Notes: generated by a model from the letters alone, not told the origin. A stretch of DNA of 64,000 nucleotides from an uncultured Oscillospiraceae bacterium (GCA_964467585.1 CAYXRF010000001.1:67119-131118), one strand, 5' to 3'. Shown: positions 38,795-48,533, counted from the stretch's first letter. Numbers and translations are program-made.

Positions 38795-39820
38795 CTACAT
38801 GAAAAGTACAAGCGCCACAAGGCAGGCGATGCAAGTGACTATCATGTAACCGGTAACAATTTTGGTCTCCGCGTGTCCCTCCAGCTCAAAATGATGATGA
38901 AGGGGAGCCATGCGGAATATTCTCTTGCCGTGCCTGAGCTTAAACGAGCCCACTTGCAGCACAACGCTGACGGCGGAGGCGACTATACAGCAGCCCATGA
39001 GGAGAAACAGGAACATATAGCGGCTGTACAGCACCATGGCGCAAATTGCGCCGCCAAGCGCCATTGAACCGGTATCGCCCATAAACACCTTTGCGGGGTA
39101 TGCGTTGCATGACAAAAAGCCCAAGCAGCCACCCGCAACGGCAAATGCGAATACAGACATTGAAAGCATACCGTCGCGTTGTGCAACAAGTATAGGAGCA
39201 TCCGCAAAGGATTGAGAAAAAGCTCCCGAAAGATATAGGAACATTACGCCCATAGCCAAAGAATATACAAGCGTCACGCCCGAAGCAAGCCCGTCAAGCC
39301 CGTCTGTAAGGTTGGTGCTGTTTACGATTGCTATAACCATAAACATAACAAGCGGTATATAGCCCCACCCAAAATCAAACGATCTGCCAAGTATGGCGCT
39401 GTATACCTCGGTGCCGATGTATTTGTAAGCAAACACTGCCACCGCAGCGGAAAGCAGCACCTGAGCAATTATCTTTTGATATGCTCTCAGCCCCAGATTA
39501 CGCTTGTGACGGATTTTAAGTAAGTCGTCAAGAAAGCCGACAAACCCAAATGCAACCATCATGATAAGCGCGGGGACAGGGTACCAGAAGGCTATGTTAT
39601 ATTTGGAAAAAGCCAAGGTTGCGGCGATAATGGCAACGATGAACATTATTCCGCCCATCGCGGGAGTGCCTTCCTTTGATGTGTGCGCGTGAGGACCTTC
39701 CTCGCGCTCAACCTGTCCGTATTTCATACGGCGTAAAAGAGGTATGAAAAACGGAGCGAGAGCCATGACTGCCGCTGCCGCCGCTATGAATGAAAAGGTG
39801 ATCCTGTAAAACTCCTGCAT
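38795..39820 (-). CDS. mraY: phospho-N-acetylmuramoyl-pentapeptide transferase
   Basis: 10-TM MraY with the NLTDGLDGLA and HHHFE motifs. Confidence 0.95.
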   Translation of the reverse strand: MQEFYRITFSFIAAAAAVMALAPFFIPLLRRMKYGQVEREEGPHAHTSKEGTPAMGGIMFIVAIIAATLAFSKYNIAFWYPVPALIMMVAFGFVGFLDDLLKIRHKRNLGLRAYQKIIAQVLLSAAVAVFAYKYIGTEVYSAILGRSFDFGWGYIPLVMFMVIAIVNSTNLTDGLDGLASGVTLVYSLAMGVMFLYLSGAFSQSFADAPILVAQRDGMLSMSVFAFAVAGGCLGFLSCNAYPAKVFMGDTGSMALGGAICAMVLYSRYMFLFLLMGCCIVASAVSVVLQVGSFKLRHGKRIFRMAPLHHHFELEGHAETKIVTGYMIVTCIACLVALVLFM

Positions 39821-39874
39821 GATGTCGCATCCTCCGTGTAATGGCTTGAAACGTTGCTTTCCGGCAATATCCCG

Positions 39875-41332
39875 TCAAACCAAACCCTTATTCTTACGCA
39901 TATCCTCAAGCAGCTCCGCAACGACTACCTTTTCGTCAAACGGATGCTTAACGTTGTCTATCTCCTGATAGGTTTCATGCCCCTTGCCCGCAAGAACAAC
40001 AACGTCGTCCTTGCGTGCGTGATTCAGCGCATAGCGTATGGCTTCACGTCGGTTCTGAATCACCACATATTCAACAGCCGTTTTGTTAACGCCGTCAAGC
40101 ACGTTGCCGATTATGCGCATAGGCTCCTCTGTCCTGGGATTGTCGGAGGTTACAACGCAAAAATCTGAAAATCGACCTGCCGCCTCTCCCATGATGGGAC
40201 GTTTCGCACGGTCACGGTCTCCGCCGCAGCCAAACACCGTGATTATCCGACCCTTTGCAAATTCACGCACAGACGTCAACAGGTTGATAAGCCCGTCGGG
40301 GGTGTGGGCAAAGTCCAGTATAACGGAGAAGGGGAAGCCCGTGGTGTCAAGCGCTTCCATTCTGCCGGAAACTCCCGCAACGGCGGCAAGCCCCTCGGAT
40401 ATAGCACAAAGAGGTATGCCAAGCTGAATGCATATGCCGGTGGCCAGCATAGCGTTAAACACGTTGAACAGACCGGGAATCGGCACGGCGATATGCGCGT
40501 ATCCGATTGGCGTGGCAATATCAAACTCAACGTCACGCGCACATATCTCAATATCGGCGGCGGATATATCCGCGTGCTCCCTAATGCCGTATGTCATGCG
40601 CGGTATGTCAAGTCCTTCAAGCAAGGGAACGCTGTGAGGGTCATCCGCGTTAACAACCGCAAACTTGCTGTGACAGAACAGCTTGCGCTTTGCTGCAAGA
40701 TAGTTTTCAAACGTTTTGTGATAATCAAGATGATCCTGAGTGAGGTTTGTAAATCCGCCAACTTCAAAATCAATGCCGTAAACACGTCCCTGATCAAGCG
40801 AATGTGAGCTGACCTCCATTATAACAAGGTCAACGCCGTCATCGGCCATCATGCGCATTATCTCCTGAAGCTCGGTGCATTCGGGAGTTGTGCGCTGGGT
40901 GCTGATAACTCGGTCTCCGATTATATTTCGGATCGTGCCAATAAGACCAACCTTCAGACCGTATCTTTCAGCAATAGCCTTAATCATGTATGTGGTTGTT
41001 GTTTTGCCGTTTGTGCCGGTGACGCCAACAATGCGAAGTTCCTTCGAAGGACAGTTATACAGCTTCATTGCAAGCACCGCCATAGCTCTGCGTGAGTTGG
41101 GAGCGATTATCTGAGGAACATTAAACGGCATTTCGCGTTCAACCAAAAGGGCGGTCGCACCGCGTGCAACTGCCGCGCCCGCATATTCGTGCCCGTCCTG
41201 AAACGTGCCGACAACGCAGGTAAAAAGCCCGCCTGTACAGACCCTTCGTGAGTCGTATTCGATGCGGTCTATGTCCGCGTCTCCGCCGACAAGCCTGTAT
41301 TCGGTATCCTTGACCAGTTCACTGAGAAGCAT
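39875..41332 (-). CDS. murE: UDP-N-acetylmuramoyl-L-alanyl-D-glutamate--2,6-diaminopimelate ligase
   Basis: Mur ligase P-loop VTGTNGKTTTT. The DNPR motif (SDNPRTE) indicates meso-DAP specificity. Confidence 0.93.
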   Translation of the reverse strand: MLLSELVKDTEYRLVGGDADIDRIEYDSRRVCTGGLFTCVVGTFQDGHEYAGAAVARGATALLVEREMPFNVPQIIAPNSRRAMAVLAMKLYNCPSKELRIVGVTGTNGKTTTTYMIKAIAERYGLKVGLIGTIRNIIGDRVISTQRTTPECTELQEIMRMMADDGVDLVIMEVSSHSLDQGRVYGIDFEVGGFTNLTQDHLDYHKTFENYLAAKRKLFCHSKFAVVNADDPHSVPLLEGLDIPRMTYGIREHADISAADIEICARDVEFDIATPIGYAHIAVPIPGLFNVFNAMLATGICIQLGIPLCAISEGLAAVAGVSGRMEALDTTGFPFSVILDFAHTPDGLINLLTSVREFAKGRIITVFGCGGDRDRAKRPIMGEAAGRFSDFCVVTSDNPRTEEPMRIIGNVLDGVNKTAVEYVVIQNRREAIRYALNHARKDDVVVLAGKGHETYQEIDNVKHPFDEKVVVAELLEDMRKNKGLV

Positions 41333-41393
41333 AGCAGTCTCCTTGTATCAATTTTCTTACGAACAACGACGCTTTCGGGCGCCGTGCCATGCG

Positions 41394-43577
41394 TTATGCG
41401 CCATCGTCGGTTTCAAACCTAAACCATACGACTATCGCCGTGCCGTACGCGGCGTTTGTTCCGGGCGTAATGGACTGCATATAAGCGGTTCCGGAGGGAT
41501 CATCGGCGTTGCTTTCAAATGTCAGACCCAAAGCAGTCAACGCATTGTATGCCTCAAGAGGGGTCATGCCGGTGAGATCCGGCACGGTGACATAGACAGC
41601 AGCGTCAACGGGCAGAGTCGGGTCAATCGCGGTCATGGCGGTATACAGCAAAACAGAGTAACCGACAACAACTTCGCTTCCCGCCGACGGTACCTGAGCG
41701 GTTACAACATCATCGCACTGAAAAACAGCACAAAGCCCTTTTTCGGTGAGGGCCGCCTCAGCTTCCGCTGTGGTCATACCCGTCACGTTGGGGATCTCAA
41801 CAGTTTGGCTTTGGTGAGAGGCAAGAATGCCGGAGTAGTGCAGAGTATCCTCAAGCACCATCTTAACAAACGGAGCGGCAACGGTGCTGCCGAATATCTG
41901 ACTGACCTGCGGCTCGTCAACAAGTATCAGACATACATATTGAGGATTTTCCGCCGGCGCAAAGCCGATAAAGGAGCATATGTAGCTGCCTGCCGATATG
42001 CGCCCGTACTCATCGTACTTCTGAGCGGTTCCGGTCTTGCCGCCAACATTGTAGCCCTCTATCTTGCAGTTGCGTCCGGTGCCGTTATCAACAACGCTTT
42101 GAAGTATTGTACGAACCTTCGCGGATGTTTCCTCGGATAGGACCTGACGTATCGGGGTGGTATCTGCCTCATATACAACGCTGCCGTTATTGTCCAACAC
42201 ACGCTGAACGATGTACGGCTCATGCAGATAACCTCCGTTGACGGCGGCGCACACCGCCGCGCAAAGCTGAAGCGGCGTAACCGCGATGCTTTGCCCAAAG
42301 CCTATGCGGGCAAGGTCGTTTTCCTTTATGTATTTTTCGTGAGTGACTATGCCTCCGGATTCGCCAATCAGCCCGCTGCCTGTTGTCTGACCAAATCCGA
42401 ACGCGTAGATATAGTCATAAAACTCTTCAACACCCATTGAAAGAGCCATCTGCATAAAAGCACAGTTACAGCTGTTTTCAACGGCTTTGGTTAGGGTTTG
42501 AGAGCCGTGACCTGCGGTTTTCCAGCAGTGGATGCTCTCTCCGTTAACAAGATAGCTGCCGTTGCAGAAAAAACTGCTGTCAAGACTTACCGCTCCGCTG
42601 TCAATAGCGGCGGCAAGCGTGACGATTTTGAATGTGGAGCCGGGCTCATATGAGTCCGTAACAATACGGTTGCGCGAAAGCTCCGCAAGCAGCGTCAGGT
42701 CGTCTCTTGGGGGATTGTTCGGGTCGTAATCGGGCAACGAGGATATTGCAAGTATCGCACCTGTGTTGCAGTCCATAATTATGCCCTGTGCGCTTTTGGC
42801 GTTGTTAACCTCAAGCGCTTCCTCAAGAGCTTTCTCAAGATAGCTTTCAAGCACACTGTCGCCGGTCAGCACAATGTCGTAGCCGTCTATCGGGTCGATG
42901 TACTCAACCGAACCGTAAGCAAGGGTATTTCCGGAGGAATCCGTCTCGGCAATCTGCTTGCCGTTTACGCCCGAAAGATACTTGTCAAAGGACAGCTCCA
43001 AACCGGACTGCCCCACATTGTCAATATTTGTAAAGCCGATTATCTGCGAAAATAGGGTTCCGTTGGGATAGTATCGTTTGCTGTCAAGCGCTGTACCAAC
43101 GCCCTTGCCAAGCTGCAGGGCGTCAACCGCATCGCGTGTTTCAACGCTTATTTGCCGCTTGAGTATCCTCTCACGGTATTGTGTAGAGGACACACGGTCA
43201 AGCACCACGTCATAATCCATGCCAAGCAGAGAGCTAAGCTCCGCGGATATGCGCTCACGATCGCTGCTGTCAATCAACGAAGGCCACAGCACCACCTTGT
43301 ATACCGTACCGTTTGTTGCCAAAACGTTTCCGTTGACGTCAAGAATGTCACCCCTTGCCGCCGTAAGTGAGGTTGTACGCGTCCATTGGTTCAACGCCAT
43401 ACGCTGAAGCTCGGGACCCCAGATTATCTGAACGTAGAACAGCCAACCGGCAAGCACCACAAACAGGGCAATCACCAGCGACAGAGCGGCAAGAAGACGT
43501 TTTTTCAGCGACCACGCCGGCTTTATTGCCTGCGCGGGTTTACCGCCGTTCTTCCTCTTTTTAACTCTGAGACGCAT
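41394..43577 (-). CDS. class B penicillin-binding protein (FtsI/PBP2B/SpoVD type) with two C-terminal PASTA domains
   Basis: TM anchor, PBP dimerisation domain, and transpeptidase motifs STFK, SCN (SxN) and KTGT, followed by two PASTA repeats (IPNVTGMTTAEA..., VPDLTGMTPLEA...). Confidence 0.93.
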   Translation of the reverse strand: MRLRVKKRKNGGKPAQAIKPAWSLKKRLLAALSLVIALFVVLAGWLFYVQIIWGPELQRMALNQWTRTTSLTAARGDILDVNGNVLATNGTVYKVVLWPSLIDSSDRERISAELSSLLGMDYDVVLDRVSSTQYRERILKRQISVETRDAVDALQLGKGVGTALDSKRYYPNGTLFSQIIGFTNIDNVGQSGLELSFDKYLSGVNGKQIAETDSSGNTLAYGSVEYIDPIDGYDIVLTGDSVLESYLEKALEEALEVNNAKSAQGIIMDCNTGAILAISSLPDYDPNNPPRDDLTLLAELSRNRIVTDSYEPGSTFKIVTLAAAIDSGAVSLDSSFFCNGSYLVNGESIHCWKTAGHGSQTLTKAVENSCNCAFMQMALSMGVEEFYDYIYAFGFGQTTGSGLIGESGGIVTHEKYIKENDLARIGFGQSIAVTPLQLCAAVCAAVNGGYLHEPYIVQRVLDNNGSVVYEADTTPIRQVLSEETSAKVRTILQSVVDNGTGRNCKIEGYNVGGKTGTAQKYDEYGRISAGSYICSFIGFAPAENPQYVCLILVDEPQVSQIFGSTVAAPFVKMVLEDTLHYSGILASHQSQTVEIPNVTGMTTAEAEAALTEKGLCAVFQCDDVVTAQVPSAGSEVVVGYSVLLYTAMTAIDPTLPVDAAVYVTVPDLTGMTPLEAYNALTALGLTFESNADDPSGTAYMQSITPGTNAAYGTAIVVWFRFETDDGA

Positions 43578-43608
43578 ATTCCCGCCCTCCGAAAACGATA
43601 ATATATCG

Positions 43609-44076
43609 CTAACCTCCGATGTTGTCTGCCGTTGGATAAACCATTCCCGCAGCCTTTGCGGCGGCGTGAGCGGCGCCTATGTCAATCGAAAAAAGATAAT
43701 CGACATTTGTTCGCTCAACCTCTTTTTCAAGCGCCTCAACCTCTGCGGCGAGCTCGTTTGTGCGGGTGTAGGCGGCGGATATCGCATTGTATCGTGTCAT
43801 AACAAACAGCATAGACGCTGCGACTGCGCCAACACACACCACCGCGAATGTCTTTGGAATAACCTTGTAATCCGCCATAAGCTGCCACAGCGTCCGACGC
43901 TGCACACGCTCAGCCTTGCGCGGGGTCAAAACCTCATGAGGCTTTCTCTCAGGGTTTCTCACAGGCTCGGCAGCAACTCTCGTTTTGGGCGCCGCCTCCG
44001 TGGAGAGCGCAAGATTGCCCCTGCTGGGTGCATATACTCGAATCGTGTCGTTTGCCTTTTGTTTATCGATAGCCAT
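43609..44076 (-). CDS. ftsL: FtsL-like cell division protein
   Basis: Single TM followed by a coiled coil (ELAAEVEALEKEVE). It sits between rsmH and the PBP gene. The ATG at 44076 has GAGGG upstream; the track start at 44091 is GTG. Confidence 0.75.
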   Translation of the reverse strand: MAIDKQKANDTIRVYAPSRGNLALSTEAAPKTRVAAEPVRNPERKPHEVLTPRKAERVQRRTLWQLMADYKVIPKTFAVVCVGAVAASMLFVMTRYNAISAAYTRTNELAAEVEALEKEVERTNVDYLFSIDIGAAHAAAKAAGMVYPTADNIGG

Positions 44077-44077
44077 A

Positions 44078-45043
44078 TTATTCGCCCTCACGACAAATTA
44101 TGAGTTTCTTGACCGCTCGCAGCTTTGCGCTTCTTGAACGTGGATTTCTTTCCACCTCGGCGTCATCGGACGCAAGAGGCTTTCGGGTAAGAATATCCAC
44201 GATTGGCTTTTTGCCGCAGACGCACACGGGCGCGGACGGGGGACAGGTGCAAGGGGACTTGAGGTCGCGGAACACGTTCTTGACGATTCTGTCCTCAAGG
44301 GAGTGAAACGTTATGACGGCAAGCACACCGTCGGGATTTAACAGATCAACGGCATCGCGCAGAGCCTGCTCCAGCCCGTCAAGCTCACCGTTAACCTCAA
44401 TTCGGATCGCCTGAAAAGTGCGTCTTGCAGGATGAGGACCTTCGCGCCTTGCTGCGGCGGGTATCGCGCTGCGAACAATTTCCGCAAGCCTCGTGGTGGT
44501 TTCAATCGGAGCCTTCTCACGCTCCGCAACAATGGCGTTTGCTATACGGGAGGCAAAACGCTCCTCACCAAAGTCACGTATTACCTCGTAAAGCCTTTTT
44601 GAAGAATAACCGTTTACAACATCATTGGCGGAAAAGCTCGCGGTTTGATCCATCCTCATGTCAAGAGGAGCTTCTGTGCCGTAAGAGAATCCGCGTGCTC
44701 CGTCGTCAAGCTGATGAGAGCTTACACCCAAGTCGATTATCATGCCGTCAACGCCGGAGAGCCCATATTCAGCAAGAGGCAGCAGCGTCTTCATGTCAAA
44801 GAAGTTGCCGTGAACGGCATGGAAGGCGGGGAATCCGCTAAGCCTTGCACTTGCCGATGCTATGGCGTCACAATCGCGGTCAATGCCGAAATGCACAGCA
44901 CCGCTCGGCAGCCTTTCAAGTATGCCCTCACTGTGACCGCCACCGCCAAGCGTGCAGTCAACGGTCGAATGACAACTCTCCGGACGGATGAGCTCAAGCA
45001 CTTGATTTAGCATTATCGGAGTGTGGTATACGCTCTCAGTCAT
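44078..45043 (-). CDS. rsmH: 16S rRNA (cytosine1402-N4)-methyltransferase
   Basis: YHTPIMLNQVLE...DCTLGGGGHS SAM-binding motif, with the typical MraW length. Confidence 0.95.
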   Translation of the reverse strand: MTESVYHTPIMLNQVLELIRPESCHSTVDCTLGGGGHSEGILERLPSGAVHFGIDRDCDAIASASARLSGFPAFHAVHGNFFDMKTLLPLAEYGLSGVDGMIIDLGVSSHQLDDGARGFSYGTEAPLDMRMDQTASFSANDVVNGYSSKRLYEVIRDFGEERFASRIANAIVAEREKAPIETTTRLAEIVRSAIPAAARREGPHPARRTFQAIRIEVNGELDGLEQALRDAVDLLNPDGVLAVITFHSLEDRIVKNVFRDLKSPCTCPPSAPVCVCGKKPIVDILTRKPLASDDAEVERNPRSRSAKLRAVKKLIICREGE

Positions 45044-45498
45044 TGCTTCACACTTGCTCTGTCCGCAAGAGACTGACAGTCCTCAGCCAATTTTTTGCGT
45101 GAATAGGTACAGTTCTTCGCATCAAGCTCCGCAGGATTCCATATTTCAAAGCTTTTTACGGAAGCGGCGAGCGCCGCCTCGTCTGAAATACCTGCATACT
45201 CAAGCAAATGCTGCGCGATAAGTATGCGCCCCTGCTTGTCGATTTCACATTGCGTGGCAAACTGAAACATCTCACGCGCCGCGTCAAGATAATGAAGATC
45301 GGTGGGAGGAAGCGCTTCAAGCTCTGCCGCAAGCTGCTCAAACTGAGCCTCGGACATAGCTTTAAGATAATGTTCTTCAGGGTTTTCGCAAAATCCGCGC
45401 ATAACCACAACGCTGTCGCCTATGTCGCCGCGCCACTTTGCAGGCACAAATACACGACCCTTTGCATCGACTGCGTTGACATATCTGCCGATTATCAC
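45040..45498 (-). CDS. mraZ: transcriptional regulator MraZ
   Basis: Two SpoVT/AbrB-like halves, each with a DxxGR motif (DAKGRVFVP, DKQGRILI). Confidence 0.93.
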   Translation of the reverse strand: MIIGRYVNAVDAKGRVFVPAKWRGDIGDSVVVMRGFCENPEEHYLKAMSEAQFEQLAAELEALPPTDLHYLDAAREMFQFATQCEIDKQGRILIAQHLLEYAGISDEAALAASVKSFEIWNPAELDAKNCTYSRKKLAEDCQSLADRASVKQ

Positions 45499-45585
45499 AA
45501 TGCTTACCCCCCTTTTTTGTACTGTGAGATCGTATCGCCGTAATACGGTGAAGGGAAACGGCGAAGTACACCTCGGACAAGACTA

Positions 45586-45630
45586 ATTATACCACAAGGT
45601 AAACCGCAACGCAACACTTTTCACCACTTT
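45586..45630 (-). promoter_or_regulatory. dcw (mraZ) promoter with 10-bp-phased AAAGTG repeats (putative MraZ boxes)
   Basis: On the minus strand there is an extended -10 TGGTATAAT (45594-45586). Upstream direct repeats AAAGTG sit at 45630-45625 and 45620-45615, exactly 10 bp apart. Confidence 0.5.
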
Positions 45631-45733
45631 TATTTCAAAATTAATTCATTTTATGTGATTTTAGTTGCGGCTTGCCAAAAACGGATATTTCAGTATAATG
45701 ATGAGGACTGATAATAGCTTAGGAGGGCTTGAT

Positions 45734-46306
45734 ATGAGGCTTGTACTTGCCAGCGGTTCGGCTCGCAGACGTGAGCTGATGACCAAATGCGGCTATGAAT
45801 TCGACACAGTGGTCAGCAATGCGGATGAGCATATTGAAGCGTCCTCTCCGATTGAGCTTGTGGAGAGGCTTGCGCTTATAAAGGCAAAGGAAGTCAGTCT
45901 GCGTCTCGGCGGCGGTGCTGTTGTAGTAGGTTCGGATACAATAGTGGTGCTTGACGGCAAAGTGATAGGCAAGCCAAAGGACAGGGATGACGCGATTAGA
46001 ATACTTGCGGAGGAAAGCGGCAGAACACACACGGTTTACACAGGCATAGCCGTGATAACCGATGATTCCGCAGCGGTGGACTGCGCAACGGCGGACGTCA
46101 CATTTGCAAAAATCACAATGCCTGAGATTGAAGCCTATGCAGCCACAGGCGAACCTATGGATAAAGCGGGCGCATATGGCATACAGGGGCAGTTTGCAAT
46201 GTTTGTTACAAATATCAATGGCAGCTATTTTACGATAATGGGTCTGCCGATACACCTTCTATATCCCATGCTTAAAGCTGTTGGAATACGTCCTCGCGGT
46301 TTTTAG
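45734..46306 (+). CDS. maf: Maf-family nucleoside triphosphate pyrophosphatase (septum formation protein)
   Basis: LVLASGSARRRELM..., GSDTIV, and KAGAYGIQG motifs. The ATG at 45734 has AGGAGGG upstream. Confidence 0.92.
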   Translation: MRLVLASGSARRRELMTKCGYEFDTVVSNADEHIEASSPIELVERLALIKAKEVSLRLGGGAVVVGSDTIVVLDGKVIGKPKDRDDAIRILAEESGRTHTVYTGIAVITDDSAAVDCATADVTFAKITMPEIEAYAATGEPMDKAGAYGIQGQFAMFVTNINGSYFTIMGLPIHLLYPMLKAVGIRPRGF

Positions 46307-46416
46307 TGCAGATTCGACAATTATTTTACAGTTAAAACGCTAAATAACCGTTGGTTTTGGGAATAACATATTATGACAGAGATGTCGTGATATTTAACAA
46401 AACCAACGGAGGATTT

Positions 46417-47394
46417 ATGTTTGAAATAAGTTTGGCGGCGGACGTCGGTTCGGCAACAACCCGTCTTGCAACGCGTAATCAGATTGAAAGTCAGCAATCA
46501 AGGGTTGCGCTTGACCCGGATAACTCCTGCCGTGTGCTTGCAATAGGCAACGAAAGCCGAAAGCTGCTTAACGCCTCTCCCGCATATCCCGTGCGCAACG
46601 GAGCAATTGCAAATACTCAGCTTGCATCAATACTGCTTCGGCGGCTTGCGCTCAATATGCTCAAGCGCAAAACATTGTATGGCGTGGTGCTGCGCATGGC
46701 TGTTCCAAACGTTGTAAGCGATATGCAAAAGGCCGCTGCGGCAGAGATGGCAAGGGAGGCGGGATTCAAATCCGTCAGGCTGGTTGACGCTTTGCTTATG
46801 GGCGCGATAGGCGCGGGTGTGGATGTTGACTCTCATACGGCGAATATGGTTGTTGATATCGGACACGACAGGCTTAATACAATGATGTGTGCAAACGGAG
46901 GGATAGTCGCGGAATCCGTTTCGGGGATGGGAAGTCGGATATTCGACCGAACGCTGCAAAGCTATTTTGCGGGCGAGCATCGAATGCTGATAGGCGCCAC
47001 TGCAGCGGAAAAGATTAAAAGGGAGATGGACAGACCTCTGCTTCTTGTAAACGGAAGGTGCGCGGATACGGGTTTGCCAAAAAAGATTGAGGTGCATTCA
47101 GTCGCAGTGCGCGATGCGCTTAAAAGCCCCGCCGCTGTGTTGGCGCGGGAAATTGAAGCGGCAATCAATAAAACACCGCCCGAATCAGCCTCCGATGTTT
47201 ATGACAACGGACTGTGGCTAATAGGGGGCGGCGCAATGCAGTATGGGCTTGCCATGCAGCTTTCAAACTATCTTGGGTTAGAGGTACACGTCGCCGCAAA
47301 TGCGGAACAGGCAACCATATTCGGTATGCAGTCGGTTATATGGAAGGCAAGAAGCTTCGTTGGCGAGGCGGCGTATCAAAGCTCAATCGTGTAG
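46417..47394 (+). CDS. divergent MreB-like actin-fold protein (phosphate-2 motif degenerate)
   Basis: It aligns by eye to MreB: DVGSATT (phosphate 1), PVRNGAIAN, EAGFKSVRLVDALLMGAIGAG and LIGGGAM (adenosine). The DxGGGTT motif is replaced by DIGHDRLN (46855-46878). Confidence 0.75.
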   Translation: MFEISLAADVGSATTRLATRNQIESQQSRVALDPDNSCRVLAIGNESRKLLNASPAYPVRNGAIANTQLASILLRRLALNMLKRKTLYGVVLRMAVPNVVSDMQKAAAAEMAREAGFKSVRLVDALLMGAIGAGVDVDSHTANMVVDIGHDRLNTMMCANGGIVAESVSGMGSRIFDRTLQSYFAGEHRMLIGATAAEKIKREMDRPLLLVNGRCADTGLPKKIEVHSVAVRDALKSPAAVLAREIEAAINKTPPESASDVYDNGLWLIGGGAMQYGLAMQLSNYLGLEVHVAANAEQATIFGMQSVIWKARSFVGEAAYQSSIV

Positions 47395-47424
47395 AATGCG
47401 TCAGAAGTAAACGCTGTGACGGCA

Positions 47425-47967
47425 TTACAACTCAATTATATGGTACTCGTCCCATTCGTGGGGAGCTTTGTCCATGGCTCTGTGCCCAACGGCGACAGCA
47501 ATGACAAATTCATATCCTTCGGGAAAACGGAAAAGCTTTTTTGCCAAGACGCCGGACTCTCCGTCAAAGGCGACTGCGGGCATACCGAGAATTACGGAAT
47601 CAAGCCCTATTGACTTAGCGGCGAGAACAATGCTTTCAACGGCAATACCGCCGTCCACGGGAGAAAAATGTGACGGAGCCGCGCATACAATCACCACAAG
47701 CGGAGCGCCGTACAGCACCTTGCCCCCGCGTGAGGTAATGCGTTCGCGCATTTTTTCATCAAGCTTGTCAAAAACAAGCTTATCAAGCGTTGCCGTGACA
47801 GCGGGGTCTTCAACAAAAATAAAGCGTTGCTCCTGCTTGTTCATAGCTGTCGGGGCAGCCAACGCCGCTTTCTTCAAAACGTCAAGCTCGTAATCTGTCA
47901 ATGCGGCGTCTGCGTACGCCCGAATACTGCTGCGTGACAAAATCGTGTCCAAAACCATGTTATCCAT
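47425..47967 (-). CDS. nitroreductase-family protein
   Basis: The N-terminus (ILSRSSIRAY...) and overall length and pattern fit the NADH oxidase/flavin reductase nitroreductase fold. Confidence 0.8.
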   Translation of the reverse strand: MDNMVLDTILSRSSIRAYADAALTDYELDVLKKAALAAPTAMNKQEQRFIFVEDPAVTATLDKLVFDKLDEKMRERITSRGGKVLYGAPLVVIVCAAPSHFSPVDGGIAVESIVLAAKSIGLDSVILGMPAVAFDGESGVLAKKLFRFPEGYEFVIAVAVGHRAMDKAPHEWDEYHIIEL

Positions 47968-48105
47968 TGCTTATTCCTCCAATAATTTATGAAGCCATCA
48001 TATACTATAATTATTTGAAAAGCAAGCAAATATTGACATTCCTACAAGACGGATTTTCGGGCAAACTGTTTACAGAAGCATATGCTGATGAGAGGAGGAC
48101 AGTCC

Positions 48106-48249
48106 ATGAAAATCTGGAGCTTCGCGGCGGGAATGGCGCTGGGCATGACCGCGGCAACGGTCGCTGTAACAAGCATGTACCCAAGTGTTTCAAAAAAAAT
48201 GAAGCGTGACGGCAAAAAACTGTGGCACGGAATAACTAACATGGTTTAA
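48106..48249 (+). CDS. small hydrophobic protein (47 aa), hypothetical
   Basis: Below the track cutoff. The ATG at 48106 has GAGGAGG 6 nt upstream. The peptide is MKIWSFAAGMALGMTAATVAVTSMYPSVSKKMKRDGKKLWHGITNMV, one TM plus a basic tail. Confidence 0.45.
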   Translation: MKIWSFAAGMALGMTAATVAVTSMYPSVSKKMKRDGKKLWHGITNMV

Positions 48250-48374
48250 CGGCGGCGCAAAGAGGGCATGAGGATGAATCAACCTTATGCCTTCTTTGGT
48301 ATATGAGGAAGCAATGCATCAAACAGAATATGTGCCCGCAAAATGGCATTCAACAATATATTTCGTCTCGGGTA

Positions 48375-48403
48375 TTGCATTCTAACATATACTGATGTAA
48401 AAT
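48375..48403 (+). promoter_or_regulatory. sigma-A type promoter for tRNA-Asn
   Basis: TTGCAT (48375-48380), 17-nt spacer, TAAAAT (48398-48403). It lies about 15 nt upstream of the tRNA 5' end. Confidence 0.5.
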
Positions 48404-48418
48404 CACCAAAGTTGATAT

Positions 48419-48494
48419 TCCTCCTTAGCTCAGTCGGTAGAGCACGCGGCTGTTAACCGCGGTGTCGTTGGTTCGAGTCCAACAGGGGGAGCCA
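48419..48494 (+). tRNA. tRNA-Asn (anticodon GTT), CCA encoded
   Basis: Hand-folded cloverleaf: acceptor TCCTCCT/AGGGGGA, D arm GCTC-AGTCGGT-AGAGC, anticodon stem CGCGG/CCGCG with loop CTGTTAA, T arm GTTGG-TTCGAGT-CCAAC, then G-CCA. Confidence 0.93.
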
Positions 48495-48498
48495 CGTC

Positions 48499-48533
48499 GG
48501 AGCAAGCAGGATATCGCTTGCTCCGTTTCTTTT
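48499..48533 (+). terminator. intrinsic terminator after tRNA-Asn
   Basis: 9-bp stem GGAGCAAGC/GCTTGCTCC with an 8-nt loop, followed by GTTTCTTTT. Confidence 0.8.
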
